DNA of 64,000 bases from Octopus sinensis (Eukaryota). The DNA lies in contig NC_043009.1 in NCBI RefSeq assembly GCF_006345805.1, forward strand, positions 35,712,001 through 35,776,000, given 5' to 3'. Position numbers and translations under genes: made by a program. This document shows, in pieces, positions 12,935-26,352 of the stretch. The first letter of the stretch is position 1. Each line of letters begins with the position of its first letter. The notes beneath the pieces are model-generated. The model worked only from the letters and a program-made list of their open reading frames with translations, did no database searches and had not been told where the DNA came from.

Positions 12935-13938
12935 TATATATCAACTATACATCGGCATATATCAAAAGAGGATCTGAAATTTTAAATTTTAAACCGTATG
13001 TATATACTTGTTTCAAATTTGGACAGAAAGACAGGAATTTTTAGGGGAGGGTTTAACCGACACTAGCAATAGAATAACTTCACTGATACTTTCTTATCAG
13101 CCTTGGAAGAATGAAAAGCAAAGCTGTCTCGGTGAGATTTTAACTAAGAATCAAAAGAGCAGGGAGAAAAACTCTAAAGGTTCTTCTATCTGTTGTTGCA
13201 AATGCGATATCTGACTGTCCATATTTTATCAGGTGAAACTAATTCTTGGATAATATAAATAGTGCACCGCAACGATGGAGATGATTGATAAATGATAGAC
13301 CTTCTTTAAAACTACGAGAAGGTGATAATTCAATTTCATATTAAAATTTAATAAAATATTAATAATCTGAGATTTATTTAAATGAAAACTATTCCAGCTG
13401 CAAATACAAAAGTTTTATTGATGGAAGGAATTCAGTGCACCCCTCAAGCGATTTCAATTATCCTGTAAAATAATATTTAGCGTCTGGGGTACATCTATTT
13501 CTTTGAATAAGGAACAATCACATTAGGACGTTATTTATTCTTCAAGATGAAATTCATACAATAAATATGTCATTCTACAAAGAAGTACCTGGACAAATTT
13601 CATACGTCAGATGTGCATGTGCCCAAGCGCACGTGTATATGGATGCATGTGCGTCTATATGGGCATGAGTATAGTATGATGCGCCTGTGTAGAAAGATTT
13701 GTAGTCTTAGTTCTAAGAGACAGTTATGCTTTATGGAAATATTGACTGTGGTGGAAATTTATCTCCCCTCCACAGTCTGCTGTAGCTGAAGACAACGTCT
13801 TATGACATCATAAGAGATCTTTTATGTATGATGTCAGGAGAAGAGGAGAGAGAGACTGTGTGTGCGTGTGTGTTGTGCGTGTGTGTGTGTGCGCGCGCGT
13901 ATATATGTGTATCTGTATATATATATATAAGGCAGATG

Positions 13939-13984
<46 letters not shown>

Positions 13985-15060
13985 ATGTGAATGTAAATTA
14001 TATATCAAATATACATCGGCATATATCAAAAGAGGATCTGAAATTTTAAATTTTAAACCGTATGTATATACTTGTTTCAAATTTGGACAGAAAGACAGGA
14101 ATTTTTAGGGGAGGGGTTTAACCGACACTAGCAATAGAATAACTTCACTGATACTTTATCTTATCAGCCTTGGAAGAATGAAAAGCAAAGCTGTCCTCGG
14201 TGAGATTTTAACTAAGAATCAAAAGAGCAGGGAGAAAAACTCTAAAGGTTCTTCTATCTGTTGTTGCCAAATGCGATATCTGACTGTCCATATTTTATCA
14301 GGTGAAACTAATTCTTGGATAATATATAAATAGTGCACCGCAACGATGGAGATGATTGATAAACGATAGACCTTCTTTAAAACTACGAGAAGGTGATAAT
14401 TCAATTTCATATTAAAATTTAATAAAATATTAATAAATCTGAGATTTATTTAAATGAAAACTATTCCAGCTGCAAATACAAAAAAGTTTTATTGATGGAA
14501 GGAATTCAGTGCACCCCTCAAGCGATTTCAAATTATCCTGTAAAATAATATTTAGCGTCTGGGGTATATCTATTTCTTCGAATAAGGAACAATCACATTA
14601 GGACGTTATTTATTCTTCAAGATGAAATTCATACAATAATATATGTCATTCTACAAAGAAGTACCTGGACAAATTTCATACGTCAGATGTGCATGTGCCC
14701 AAGCGCACGTGTATATGGATGCATGTGCGTCTATATGGGCATGAGTATAAGTATGCGCCTGTGTAGAAAGATTTGTAGTCTTAGTTCTAAGAGACAGTTA
14801 TGCTTTATGGAAATATTGACTGTGGTGGAAATTTATCTCCCCTCCACAGTCTGCTGTAGCTGAAGACCAACGTCTTATGACATCATAAGAGATCTTTTAT
14901 GTATGAGTGTCAGAGAGAGAGAGAGAGAGAGACTGTGTGTGCGTGTGTGTGTGTGCGCGCGCGTATATATGTGTATCTGTATATATATATAAGGCATGAT
15001 ATGTGTGTGTGTGTGGTGTGTGTGTGTGTGTGTGTGTGTGTTTATGTGAATGTAAATTAT
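12935..15060. repeat. Near-identical head-to-tail tandem duplication, unit ~1064 bp
   Basis: 12935-13998 is repeated at 13999-15060. The differences seen are mostly 1-2-bp indels. Confidence 0.97.
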
Positions 15061-15559
15061 GTACGTCCACAAATTAGCACGCATGCCGCTCAAATTTTAG
15101 GAGGACATTCGTCACGAACCTAGCTGTATTTTCGTCAAATTATTTCCCCCAACGCAACAGCGAATAACTTTTAAACATTTTTCAAGTCGAATAAATACGC
15201 CATTTGCGACGGTGTAAAGAGAGGGAGAGAGAGAGAGAAGAGATTAAAATTTTTTTTTCTTTTTAATGAGTGGTTGAGATGCAAAAACACACAGATAGGG
15301 GTTGTTATGTATGTATGTATGTATGTATGTATGTATGTATGTATATGTGAATGGCTTCAGTCACACACGAACATGTATGGGTACAAAACACATGTATGCA
15401 ATGTGTGTGTTGCCCGAGACACGCTCCTTCGCAAACGATCAGCTATTATTTTGTAAACAACGTTTCGAAAATAGGTGTATGTACGTATATGTTTGTGTGT
15501 GTGTGTGTGCGTGTGCGCGTGCGTGTGTGTGTGTGTGTGTGTGTGTGTTGCCCATATAT

Positions 15560-16288
15560 ATATACTTAGTTGTGATCTGAACATAACTGCTTCTCATACA
15601 GAGGATCGGGGTCCTTTTGGGCGTTCTATTTTCTTTACTAGAAGGGTTCCCAACCGATGGGCAAAGGGGGGTTACATGATGGGGGTCGTGTTTTCAAAAT
15701 GCATATGCAACCTGATCACCTCTGCCGATTAAACTCCCAACCCCTGCGCTCCCGTCGCGACACTGATTCAGCATAACTGGATTGGGTATGAAAACCAACT
15801 TTAAAGTATAAATATTGATGTTTTTGAATCAACAATGTTGTGTTCGGTTAAGTCCTAGCCGGAGTGAAAAATCAATAATCTGATTCCTTATGGGGTTTTC
15901 TATTTAATCAGGATTTTAAAAAATCGACAAACACATTCCCTATAGGGCTTCCCACTACACCGCATTCTCAACCATAACTTTTAGCAATTTTGATGTATTT
16001 TGTTCAAACTTGATGCCAGCATTACTTTGGACTCGTGGGATCTTTGAATGCTTTAAGTTCTCCAAAAACGAAAAAAAAATCGATGAGTGGAAAAATTCGA
16101 TAAACCCATTCCTTATAGGATCTCCCAATCAAATTGTCAGCAACTCATTTTCAGCCAAAGTTTACCAATTTCAACGACTTTCGCTCAAATTTTGACGTCG
16201 ATGTTACTCAATTCGGTTTAAAATAAAGAGCTTGATTCGCTTAATAATCCTAACTTAATCCCGAGCAAAGCCGGACTATACTGCTAGT
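15560..16288 (+). mobile_element. Non-autonomous Helitron-like element (5' boundary approximate)
   Basis: The 3' end CCCGAGCAAAGCCGGACTATACTGCTAG|T (CTAG at 16284-16287) closely matches the terminus of the 416-812 element. Confidence 0.6.
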
Positions 16289-16804
16289 TGATATATAACG
16301 CTAAGATCCAGAAATCCAAGACTACCAACTTTGTAAGCTTCAAACAGACCGTGGCAGGTATAGAAAACAAAAAGTAGACAATGTACGCTCAGGAACAAAA
16401 GCATTTTACAGGCATTTAAGGGTACACATTGTTCCCCATATCGAAGTTACGAGAAAATTCGATAAGCTGAAAGTTTCAGTATAGCTCTTGATTAGCAATT
16501 AGCGTAAAAAAACGAGTAAAATGCTTTCAAAATATTCTTCTTAGTATTCTTTAGATTAACTCTAAAATGTATCTGTGTATACACAAATAACATTGCTACT
16601 ATAGAAAATCACTCTCCCTGTCCCATAAGTATTGGTCTCCAAAATTAGCAGCTAAAATCTTGTCTGAAGTATATTCTTACTGAACCAAATGGCTTTGCTT
16701 CAAAGAAATCTTGATTTATGATTCTGCCACTTAAATTGTCTATCTATTTTGCCCTATCCATAAAGAATACATTCTATTTTCTCTTAGATTTGATAAACTA
16801 GCCT

Positions 16805-17133
16805 ATAAATTAAAACTGAACCCCACCCCATTAGCAAATCTAAATAACAGAAATAATCAGTGATAAGCAGTGTCTTTTTTGAAAAAAATTCAGTTACAAC
16901 TGTGATGTTGTTGGTAAAACATGTTCTTTGTCTATCTCCTTATCGTTTTGGTTATTTTGGATAAAAAATCATACAAATGAGTGCTTCGAATTTAACTAAA
17001 TTCTATATTTTTATTCAGCTGAAGATTGCTCTACATTTTAAATTGATGTAATGTTTACATTGTTCAATTAAATGGAGTTGCATGAAACGATCGTACTGCA
17101 TTACCTCTGGATATCCTTGTTGCTTATTTTGAT
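16805..17133 (+). mobile_element. Non-coding PLE pseudo-LTR-like element, family H1
   Basis: Shares sequence with 22381-22635 (-) and 34975-35412 and carries a canonical hammerhead. Confidence 0.8.
17013..17101 (+). ncRNA. Type I hammerhead ribozyme motif, family H1 (long stem II)
   Basis: ATTCAG-CTGAAGA(17019-25)-[58-nt hairpin-forming stem II]-GAAA(17084-87)-CGATCG-TA-CTGCAT. The core is canonical and stem III is palindromic. Confidence 0.8.
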
Positions 17134-17139
17134 TATGTA

Positions 17140-17325
17140 GCCACTACACACATTTTTCTCACCTTGTTCTCTCTTTGTTTTTTTTTCTATGTCCCTTTCT
17201 GTAGAAGAGCGTAGGCTCGAAACGTAAAAGACTTTTTTCAATTCCTGAGCGTTATACTAATACATCTGTTTGTTTTGTACACCACCTGTCTTCGTCTTTT
17301 GTTTTTTTTTTTGTGAATCCTCCCC
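17140..17325 (+). mobile_element. Putative PLE pseudo-LTR fragment with variant hammerhead at 17195-17230
   Basis: CTTT-CTGTAGA-A-GAGC gtag GCTC-GAAA-CG-TA-AAAG. A second copy lies at 2385-2580 (-). Confidence 0.6.
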
Positions 17326-17651
17326 TATATATATATATATATATATATGCATGTATATGTATGTATGTATATGTATATGAAGGTTATTTGAACTTTTGAT
17401 TATATAAAAATTGTAATACACGCATATACACCCGCAGACACGTATCTCTCTATGTTTATAATGATAAACAGCTTATAATCGCAGTGAGATATATTTTCCT
17501 GAAAATTTTACTGTTGGACCCTAGGGCTCGATGGATTTTGACACAGTATATTGGTATATCTAATTACATCGCATGTGGAGTTAGATTAACACATAAATGA
17601 AGTAACTCAGGAAAACAAACTGAGCCATGTCGAAACGTATAGCAATTATAA

Positions 17652-17920
<269 letters not shown>

Positions 17921-18434
17921 ATTTGGCTGGCTAATTCGCAATTTTACAACCCGAAAGCAGAAATATGTACGTCACTAAAGTGACGAAGGTCACTAATCGG
18001 TACCAATATTGCTAGAAATAAGATTCAAAACAACTCAATAGCTACAGAACTCACTATCTTAATGACTGACAAGATCCCTACGGCAGCAGATATATCCAGA
18101 TCATCGATGATTTTGCATGGGTGGTTCTCACTGCGCCTAAGGTTAAACTCAGCTTGCCTTGTCAGTTTATAAGATTTCCGTTGAAATCATGAGCTGATTT
18201 CATAAACGGTAAAAGTGAGAATTATTCATTCCAATGTAGAGATATCACCTTAATTATATTGTAAAAAATAAAAGAAAGACTCTTGGTCTTTCTTTCTTTT
18301 TCTTTTCTTTTTTGTATGAGTGTGACAGGATATGTGAATGTGTATGTGCGAGTGTGTACACGCATGTTTATGTATATGTATCATTATGTGTGCGTACACA
18401 TGTAGATGTGCGCGTGAAAGTGTCTGCACCTGTG

Positions 18435-18608
18435 TGACCCATTAGCATTCAGATTACTTTGTTAAATGTATTGCTTATATATTCACGTTGTTTTGAATTA
18501 ACCACGCATTATCGTGTAGCTTCGAGATTTAAACATAGTTGTTTGTTTTTAGAATGTAGCGTAGGTGTGGGAGGTCATATCTGGCCGGTTTAAATGTTTA
18601 AGGGTTAA
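18435..18608. mobile_element. Degenerate TTAA-type (piggyBac-like) MITE
   Basis: Left end TGACCCATTAGCATTCA versus right end TAAATGTTTAAGGGTTAA, an imperfect TTAACCC...GGGTTAA terminal inverted repeat. Confidence 0.5.
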
Positions 18609-19449
18609 ACGAGCTCATTATAAATCAGTGGAGAAGTAGGAAATATTTCAAGTGTGTCAGACGCCTAAAAATACATGCAGGTCAATGTGGAATGATCGAA
18701 AAGATTAGAGGCAGAATTTCTTGTTTATTCTGAATGTTTCGGACAGTATTGGCATTGCTAGAGTCACTGAAACAACAATCAGTGAGATAAGTAGCTACTT
18801 TTTGACTACAAACGATTACATATAAGATGACTTCTACTAAATTCTGGTAACCTCTGATTTTAATTCATCAGACAACCAGCATTACCTTTACATATGGAAA
18901 AATTTTGATGCATCGATATATCTACTGGCTTCATCGATTTGATCCTCATCGTCATCCGAGGTCTTTTTGCTGAACTCGTACATACAATCAACTTCATAAA
19001 AAGTAGGATATTTTAATTCTGATCAAAGCGCATCTTTCCTGCGGCTTGCAAGTGGCACAAATGTCATTTGCAAATTTGAATCCGGTATTCAGTTTATTCG
19101 TTCATTAAATTGTTCTATGGATGAAAGGTACCAAATAATGCTGTAAATAAATGCTCCATTTTTTTCATCACTTATAGTATTATGGACCTAAATCCACCCC
19201 TACCCAGTCAATACTACTGTGTGAACTGTTCGAATTAAAAATGTTACGCAACATTATTTATCATATTTGACTTTGACTGGTAATTATATTATGCGAAAAC
19301 ATGAATCCTAAACGTAAATATCAATGCCTGCACGTGCAACATGCATATATACAAACTTGGGTATTCCTTACACACTCACACACACAGACACACATGTGTT
19401 TGACAGTAGATATCCTAATTAATATAGTGTCAGTGAAGCAGCATATTTC

Positions 19450-19645
19450 TGTTGTAATGCCGAGCGTATCGTACCTGTAACTGAAATGGCCAGCCTTGTC
19501 ACATTCTGTGTCACGATGAATCACCATGTAAACTATGTTAAGGGTACGAGTGTTTGTAGAGTGCTCAGATATTTGCACGTTGATTTCAAGAGCAGGCTGA
19601 TCGACTCAGCTGGAACATTCGTCGTCGTAGCCGACGGAGGGCTAG
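19450..19645 (+). mobile_element. SINE family C 3' part
   Basis: GGCCAGCCTTGTCACATTCTG...GTTAAGGGTACG...GAGCAGGCTG is shared with 63530-63680. A fainter copy lies at ~12245-12375. Confidence 0.7.
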
Positions 19646-21176
19646 ATAGCATGTGTTGTTTTCTTGGCGTATAAGTTGGTCCGATGAATGAGTTTATTTG
19701 CCTCTAATTAGTTACCATGACATAAACGACACAAAGCCTCACAATAAAAAGTAACAGCACTGTACAAAATTACGCATCTCATTGGCTTCCAATTTAACGG
19801 AAAAATACAGTGATCCATACACACACACCTGTGTGTGTGTGCATATATGTACACACACATACATGCACACATTCATCCATACATAATACATGAGCTCTTT
19901 GTATAGCTGAAAAGTGTTAAAAACTAGACAGTAAAGTGTATTACAGCAAATTATAAAACGCAGTTGATATATTAGAAAAGGAAAAAAATTAAACTCTATT
20001 CAAACGTGCAAATTGTTGTGTAGCTTCAGAAGGCTAATGTAATTTTCAGCAATTCTATGGACATGAAGCGACGCAACGAATCGCTGCAGCAATTTACAAA
20101 ATACAACAAACAAATGGACAGGGGGAAATATCATTTATTGATACAATGTTTTATATAGTGTTTTGGGAATAAATCGTAGATCTGCTTTAAGAGTAGTATA
20201 TGGCGATTAATTCATCGAAGAGATGTTTTATACTAGTAATAAGGTAATCACTGATCTGCTAGAGATAACAGCAAACTTTCTTTCAAATCTTACATTACTG
20301 TTTTAGGTAAAGATGGCAAAGTGGAGAATGTAATTTCTATAATACAAAACAAAGAAAATTAACGAAATGATCACTTTCAACAGATTTATTTCATTGGGGC
20401 CGACTCGAGACTAAACAAAAGCAACAATATTGTCGGATACTACAGCCAAAATATTACACAATCGGGGAAAGAAACGCGATATCATTGGTCAAAATTTAGA
20501 GTCAGTGTGAGGCAAAATGAGAGAAAATAAACTTAAAATAGCATGCTTTGATGCTTGGCTGCTCTGAAAACGACATCATTTTTCACTAAATCTATTTTAT
20601 TAAACACTGTTTCTGTCTACACTTCGACACTACTTGTCTTTTGTGTAGTATCCCAGTAATCTTCGTTCAGTTATAATATCTGTAAGCTGAGTGGATCAGG
20701 TTTCTTATTTACCCCGTTGACCACAGGATATATGTAAGTTTTATCTCGCTGTTAGATTCCAGTAATATCCACTTGCAAAGTGAGATGGAGTTTGCTGTGT
20801 TTGTGCAAATTTAAACACGCGAGCGCTGGAGGTAGTGTGTCCAACCTAAAATTGTTGGGGAAAACACGAATGTTTTCACTTCTCCTAGTAGATAGAAGCT
20901 ACATGTCACCCCTCCTTCCTACTTCACTCTGTAGATGGGTTAAATGAAAGACTCTAGACCAATGATACTAGTCTATCTGCCCTTCTCTTCTTTCAACAAA
21001 GAGAATTTACTCGTTCTATTTACGCAACTAGACAATAAGTATGTTTACTAAACACTTGCACTGAAGTATATTTCAACACATCTCTATACATCCACACATG
21101 CATAGACATGTATATATGTATGTAAACATATATCTACACACAGGCACACATATGCACATAACATGCACATACAAAG

Positions 21177-21208
<32 letters not shown>

Positions 21209-22171
21209 TCACGTATACTCAATACATATACCGACATACAGATGTGAATATATATTTGCACGCTCTTATGCGAGTGTACATAGGTATGGGGACATCAAAA
21301 CATATACAGTAATATTTTACCCTATTTGTTTTGTTAAATTCATAATATTTCCTACACAAATACAATATTTATGCTATGGTGAGTCGAAAATCGACAAAAC
21401 CATGGCTATTAACTAAAACCTAATAGGAATTCGATATTTATGGCGAAGTGGCAAATATGTAGTTTACAATATTTACACCCAAGTATGAAAGTATCAGTTT
21501 ATTATCATTATTATTGTTGTTGTTTTTGATGTTGTTGTTGTTATCATTTTCATTATCAGCAGCAGCAGCAACATCATCATCGTCGTCATCATATACAAAT
21601 ATATGCGTTATATCAGTTTCGATGAGTCTCTGTATATTTTCATCAGGTGTTAACAATATGTGCAAGTTTGTGTGAATATGTAATATTAAATACATTTCCC
21701 CGCACACATCATGGCGAGGATTGTACATGTAACGCAATTAGATGAGGAAATTTAAAAACCGGAAGTCCTTTCTGGTTACCATCTTTGCAAGGCAATTTAA
21801 TTTACTTTGGCGTAAATGCTGTAGGAATTTCAAAATTTAATTTAAAAACACTGATAAAAATGTGCGTAGACATGAGCAGACACATTATACTCAGCCACAC
21901 GCAAGTACACGTACATACATGTATACATAATGGATAATGCTATTATGAATTTTTTATGGACAAAACTCGCGAAATAAGAGCCAAAAGATTAAATTATGAA
22001 ATGAAGTGTCGATTCAACAAGGAAAATATTTTTTTCTTTATTAAATTCAATAATTTGATAGTCACTTTAAATGAATAATTACGTGAAGTAGGAAATGCCA
22101 ATTATCTGGCTAGCCAGCAACATATTTATCTACCTAGCTTGCTGCAATATACTTGTAAATAATAGAGTAAG

Positions 22172-22236
<65 letters not shown>

Positions 22237-22380
22237 CTCTATTATTTATATTTATACGTATATATATACATACATATATACATATATATATATATACATA
22301 CACACAGACACACACATATATATAGTTATGTATATATCTATATATATATATATATAGCTATATATATATACATATGCGTT

Positions 22381-22635
22381 AAAATAAGCAACAAGAATAT
22401 CCAGAGGTAATACAGTACGATCGTTTCAAGCAACTCCATTTAATTGAACAATGTAAACATTACATCAATTTAAAATGTAGAGCACTCTTCAGCTGCATAA
22501 AAATATAGAATTTAGTTAAATTCGAAGGACTCATTTGTATATTTTTTTATCCAAAATCACCAAGAGGATAAGGAGATAGACAAAGAACATGTTTTACCAA
22601 CAACACACAGATGTAACTCTAAATTTAACTGAATT
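22381..22635 (-). mobile_element. Family H1 pseudo-LTR-like element between (AT)n tracts
   Basis: Reverse complement of 16890-17130. Confidence 0.85.
22410..22498 (-). ncRNA. Type I hammerhead ribozyme motif, family H1
   Basis: Minus strand: ATGCAG-CTGAAGA-[long stem II]-GAAA-CGATCG-TA-CTGTAT. Stem I is 6 bp with one G-U pair. Confidence 0.82.
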
Positions 22636-22652
22636 CATATATATATATATAT

Positions 22653-22697
22653 ATAAACATGGATTACATGGAAAAATTCCATGTAATCCATGTTTAT
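22653..22697. repeat. Perfect 21-bp inverted repeat with a 3-nt loop
   Basis: ATAAACATGGATTACATGGAA-AAA-TTCCATGTAATCCATGTTTAT. Confidence 0.95.
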
Positions 22698-23049
22698 TCG
22701 AGTCTATGCTATAATACTAATTAATAATATGTCAAATATGTCAATTAGCGGTGTTGTTGATAATTTTTTCATTACCGCAATGAAGTCGGTGACATATATT
22801 AAAAGTCCCCTTATAGAATTCTATTCATAAAAATGTATAGAACTATATTATCACCCTCAAATTTGACAAACAAACACTCATAACATTTTTCTTTGAAAAC
22901 TTCATTCCATGAGATTGACACCATGCTCCTCGAATTGAGCTCTATCATTTAAGCTTAATTAAAATATAGTCTGTTTTTGAAATAAAAATGTTAATTATAC
23001 TTGAATCAGATTTTTTGCTTTATATTTTTTTCGTGATATTTTATGTCCA

Positions 23050-23439
23050 GGGAAACTAACGAAAGGACTATTGATTACTTATCAGAACAATGTTCCAGCA
23101 CACACCTCTTTTTCACAGGCTGTTGTGTGTGACAGCGGCTTTGAACTGATTGATCGCCTCCATATTCTCCTGATTTGGCCCCATCTTACTATCATCTGTT
23201 CCCCCAACATCAAAAGTCACTTGACAGGGAACCAGTATCGCAGTGATGGTTATCATCTCTGCTGTTGAGGACTTCTTGAGCAAGTTGAAAGCTTCTTCAC
23301 AACTAGGATCGAAGCACTACAACACCCGTGGAAAAAATGTGCGGACTGCAAGGGAGATTATGTTAAATAATGAACCTCATTTAATTACATTCCATGATGA
23401 TACCTTGGTCAGCCTATAAACTTTTCAGCTGACCATCAT
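23050..23439 (+). mobile_element. Mariner transposase C-terminal remnant plus 3' TIR
   Basis: Frameshifted QNNVPAHTS...PYSPDLAPSYYHLFPNIKSHLTG...IEALQHPWKKCADCKGDYVK*. The end AAACTTTTCAGCTGACCATCATA is TIR-like. Confidence 0.85.
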
Positions 23440-24959
23440 AATGCAAGTTCTATTGGGCTTTGATATTTCACTAAGATATAATGACACCGTCTGTGGATAG
23501 CCAGTTTCTAGAGAGAACTATTAAAATTTGTAGCATTACAATTACCGTTATTACGAGGTGTGGCTTAATTTAGTTATGTTAGACATATCCCTATTTTGAC
23601 TTAGTTGTGATGGAGTTGAAAAGTTGGTTTAACAAAATTTTTTATTATTTCTATTTATGTTGAGGAGGGAAATTTTTCTAAGCAAGGCATCAACTGTCAT
23701 TTGGAGTACCTAGTTCTAAATTATATAGAAACACATACAATAAATTTATCTTCAAGCTATCCATAAAATTATATTTCAAGGTGAAAAGTAATATATTTTC
23801 GTTTAAACACTCTCCTTACTAACATGTCTTTATAATATGATGAAAAACCTTTAAGAAGTTGTTCCATAGTTGATATGATATTTGCAATGATTTTTACATA
23901 GGCTCCTGAAGGTGCATTTAGGGCGACTCGACCACCTGCTCATATAATTTCATATCTCACTAAATCGACAGTAATGATACGTAGTATTTCCTAGATGTGC
24001 TACAGTTAGAAAATTACTTGTAGCATCTGAATTGAAGACTGTTGTCAAGTATTTTTAAAAGGTAAAAATATTTCCTAATTCCACATGTATTTTATAAGCT
24101 CTGTGTTAACATGGTGCCATTCGCATACAAATCCACCCAGAATAATCAAATATTTCTTTTACACTGAAAAAAAAAATGTGCAGCCCATATACATCTGCTA
24201 CTTCAGTTGAGTTATTAACAATCATACAGACATCAAAAGTTCTTCAATATATTTTATTGAGACAGGTCAGATTTACACTCTTGTTGGTTCGTAAAATTAT
24301 CTCAAATTCAAATTCTTCTCAATTTGGGAAACATATAACCTTACATCCTTGTGCTCGGGACATAATAACACAGTAATAGTATTATTGAATATCAAATTTC
24401 TTATCAATTGGCATATTTGTTATATTACAGAACCAACCGATGATTGCGTGGGATTTGAACTTGGTCCTATATTTTAAATATGATCTTATCAAGAATTACT
24501 CAAGTTTCACTATATTTAATTTCGTGTGATTATTAAAATTGAAACATGTCTATGGAATTCTGCATTGTGGTCTTTAAGCTTGTAAAGTTGTTTTCGGTTA
24601 AAGGATTCAGTACAATCATTTATGTAGGAATTAGAAGTTATTTCAATATTTGTTGTTAAGTTCATTAGGCGTGTTCTGGTTTGTTTTCAGTAAGCATTTA
24701 TCAATAACTTGAATATCAATGAAGAGTATGAACAACTGTCACATTGGAAATGTTTCTAATCTTGTATGAAAAGCAAAAAGACAGAAGCTGGTTAAATATC
24801 AGCTGAAGAGCACTATAAGGAGGAGAAAAATCAATCATTCATGGAAGAAACTCTTACTCTTAGTGGGAGGATATTATGAAATGATGGGGGTGAACCACAG
24901 TCTTCAATACCAGATCAAAGACACGAAAACATATACTCTGAGAAATAATTGTCTACCTA

Positions 24960-25160
24960 AAGGCAGCGCACCTGGCAAAATGATCAACTGCATTTCATTC
25001 GTCCTTGCATTCTGAGTTCAGATTCCGTCAGGGTTGACTTTGCTTTTCTTCATTTCGGGGTTGATAAAATAAGTATCATTTGAGCACTGCAGTCGCTGCA
25101 ATAGACTTGACACCAGCCCAAACTTGCTGGCCTTGTGCCAAAATCTGAAAACAATATTTG
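24960..25160 (+). mobile_element. SINE family A copy, diverged
   Basis: AGGCAGCG head, TGAGTTCAGATTCC and TTGACTTTGCTTTTC...TTCGGGGTTGATAAAATAAGTA. Confidence 0.75.
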
Positions 25161-26085
25161 TCCATCTCAAATAAACGTTTACATAGATTCAAGAGATACC
25201 AATGAAAAATGAGAAAATGGAGTCATCGAAGATTTTCTCTAAATAAGAAGTTAATCATCATGAGATTCGATCGACAATGCTAAACAAACAAGAAATATAT
25301 GAATACCTGTGTGCTATTGCCGCGTGTGTGTGTAAGCGCGTGTTTGTGCGTGTATGTGTGTGTATGCATGCATACATGTGTTTGTGTGTGTTTTAATATG
25401 CATCAAAGATAAACTATGGAGTGAGAGAAAACGATATGCAATTTTGAAGAAACTGAAATTTTTGAGCTTGTTACTCTCATTAAATATCGTAACAGAATTG
25501 TTTAGTAAAAAGACGAGAATATTAAATAAATGCAAATACAGAAGAATGAAGTCGCCTTTAATAAAACATTTATTCTGTGCGCATATTTTATATAAAGATA
25601 AACATGTACACATACATTAATAAATATGTATGATTTACGTTCATGTATATAATATTCAGATGTGCATATATGCATATATAAATATATCTACAGGTACACT
25701 TGTATGTCCGTTGCGAAATGTAGAAATGTAATAACAAATGTATATGCGTCTGCATATATATTTTCAGATGAATGGAAAAGGAATTATATGGGCTGGGTTT
25801 GTAAACACCACAGTTCTTTGTTTCTGGAATAATAAACAATAGATTTTAAACGATGTCAATATACAAACACACAAGCACACGCACAAAAAATACACTAACA
25901 CCCCCCACGGATATACACTCACACACACCCCCACACACAAAGTGTTGACTACATAATCGAAGAGTTTTAATGTTTTCATGTTGCCATCACAAATATATAA
26001 ATATATTCGTATGCATGCATGTATTTTTCATATACATATATATGCGTATAAAGAATTGTGTGCATATGCGTGAGCAAATATACAT

Positions 26086-26131
<46 letters not shown>

Positions 26132-26319
26132 TTGTTTGTGTGTGTGAGTAGGTGTATGGGCTTACGCATACCTGTATACGTATACAAATACATATAATTA
26201 AATATATACACACACACACGTTATAAATGTAAGTATGTATGTGTACATATACACATAAGATACTTATGCATACAGACATTTCTATAATAAATTCATACTT
26301 ATACATTTATTTACATACG

Positions 26320-26352
<33 letters not shown>

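Noticed and set aside
21600-21650. Minus-strand CTGATGA...GAAAC hammerhead-like boxes
   Set aside because: Stems I and III do not pair convincingly. At best it is a decayed copy.
23500-24800. Long non-repetitive AT-rich block, possibly an old transposon
   Set aside because: No ORF or terminal structure was identified.
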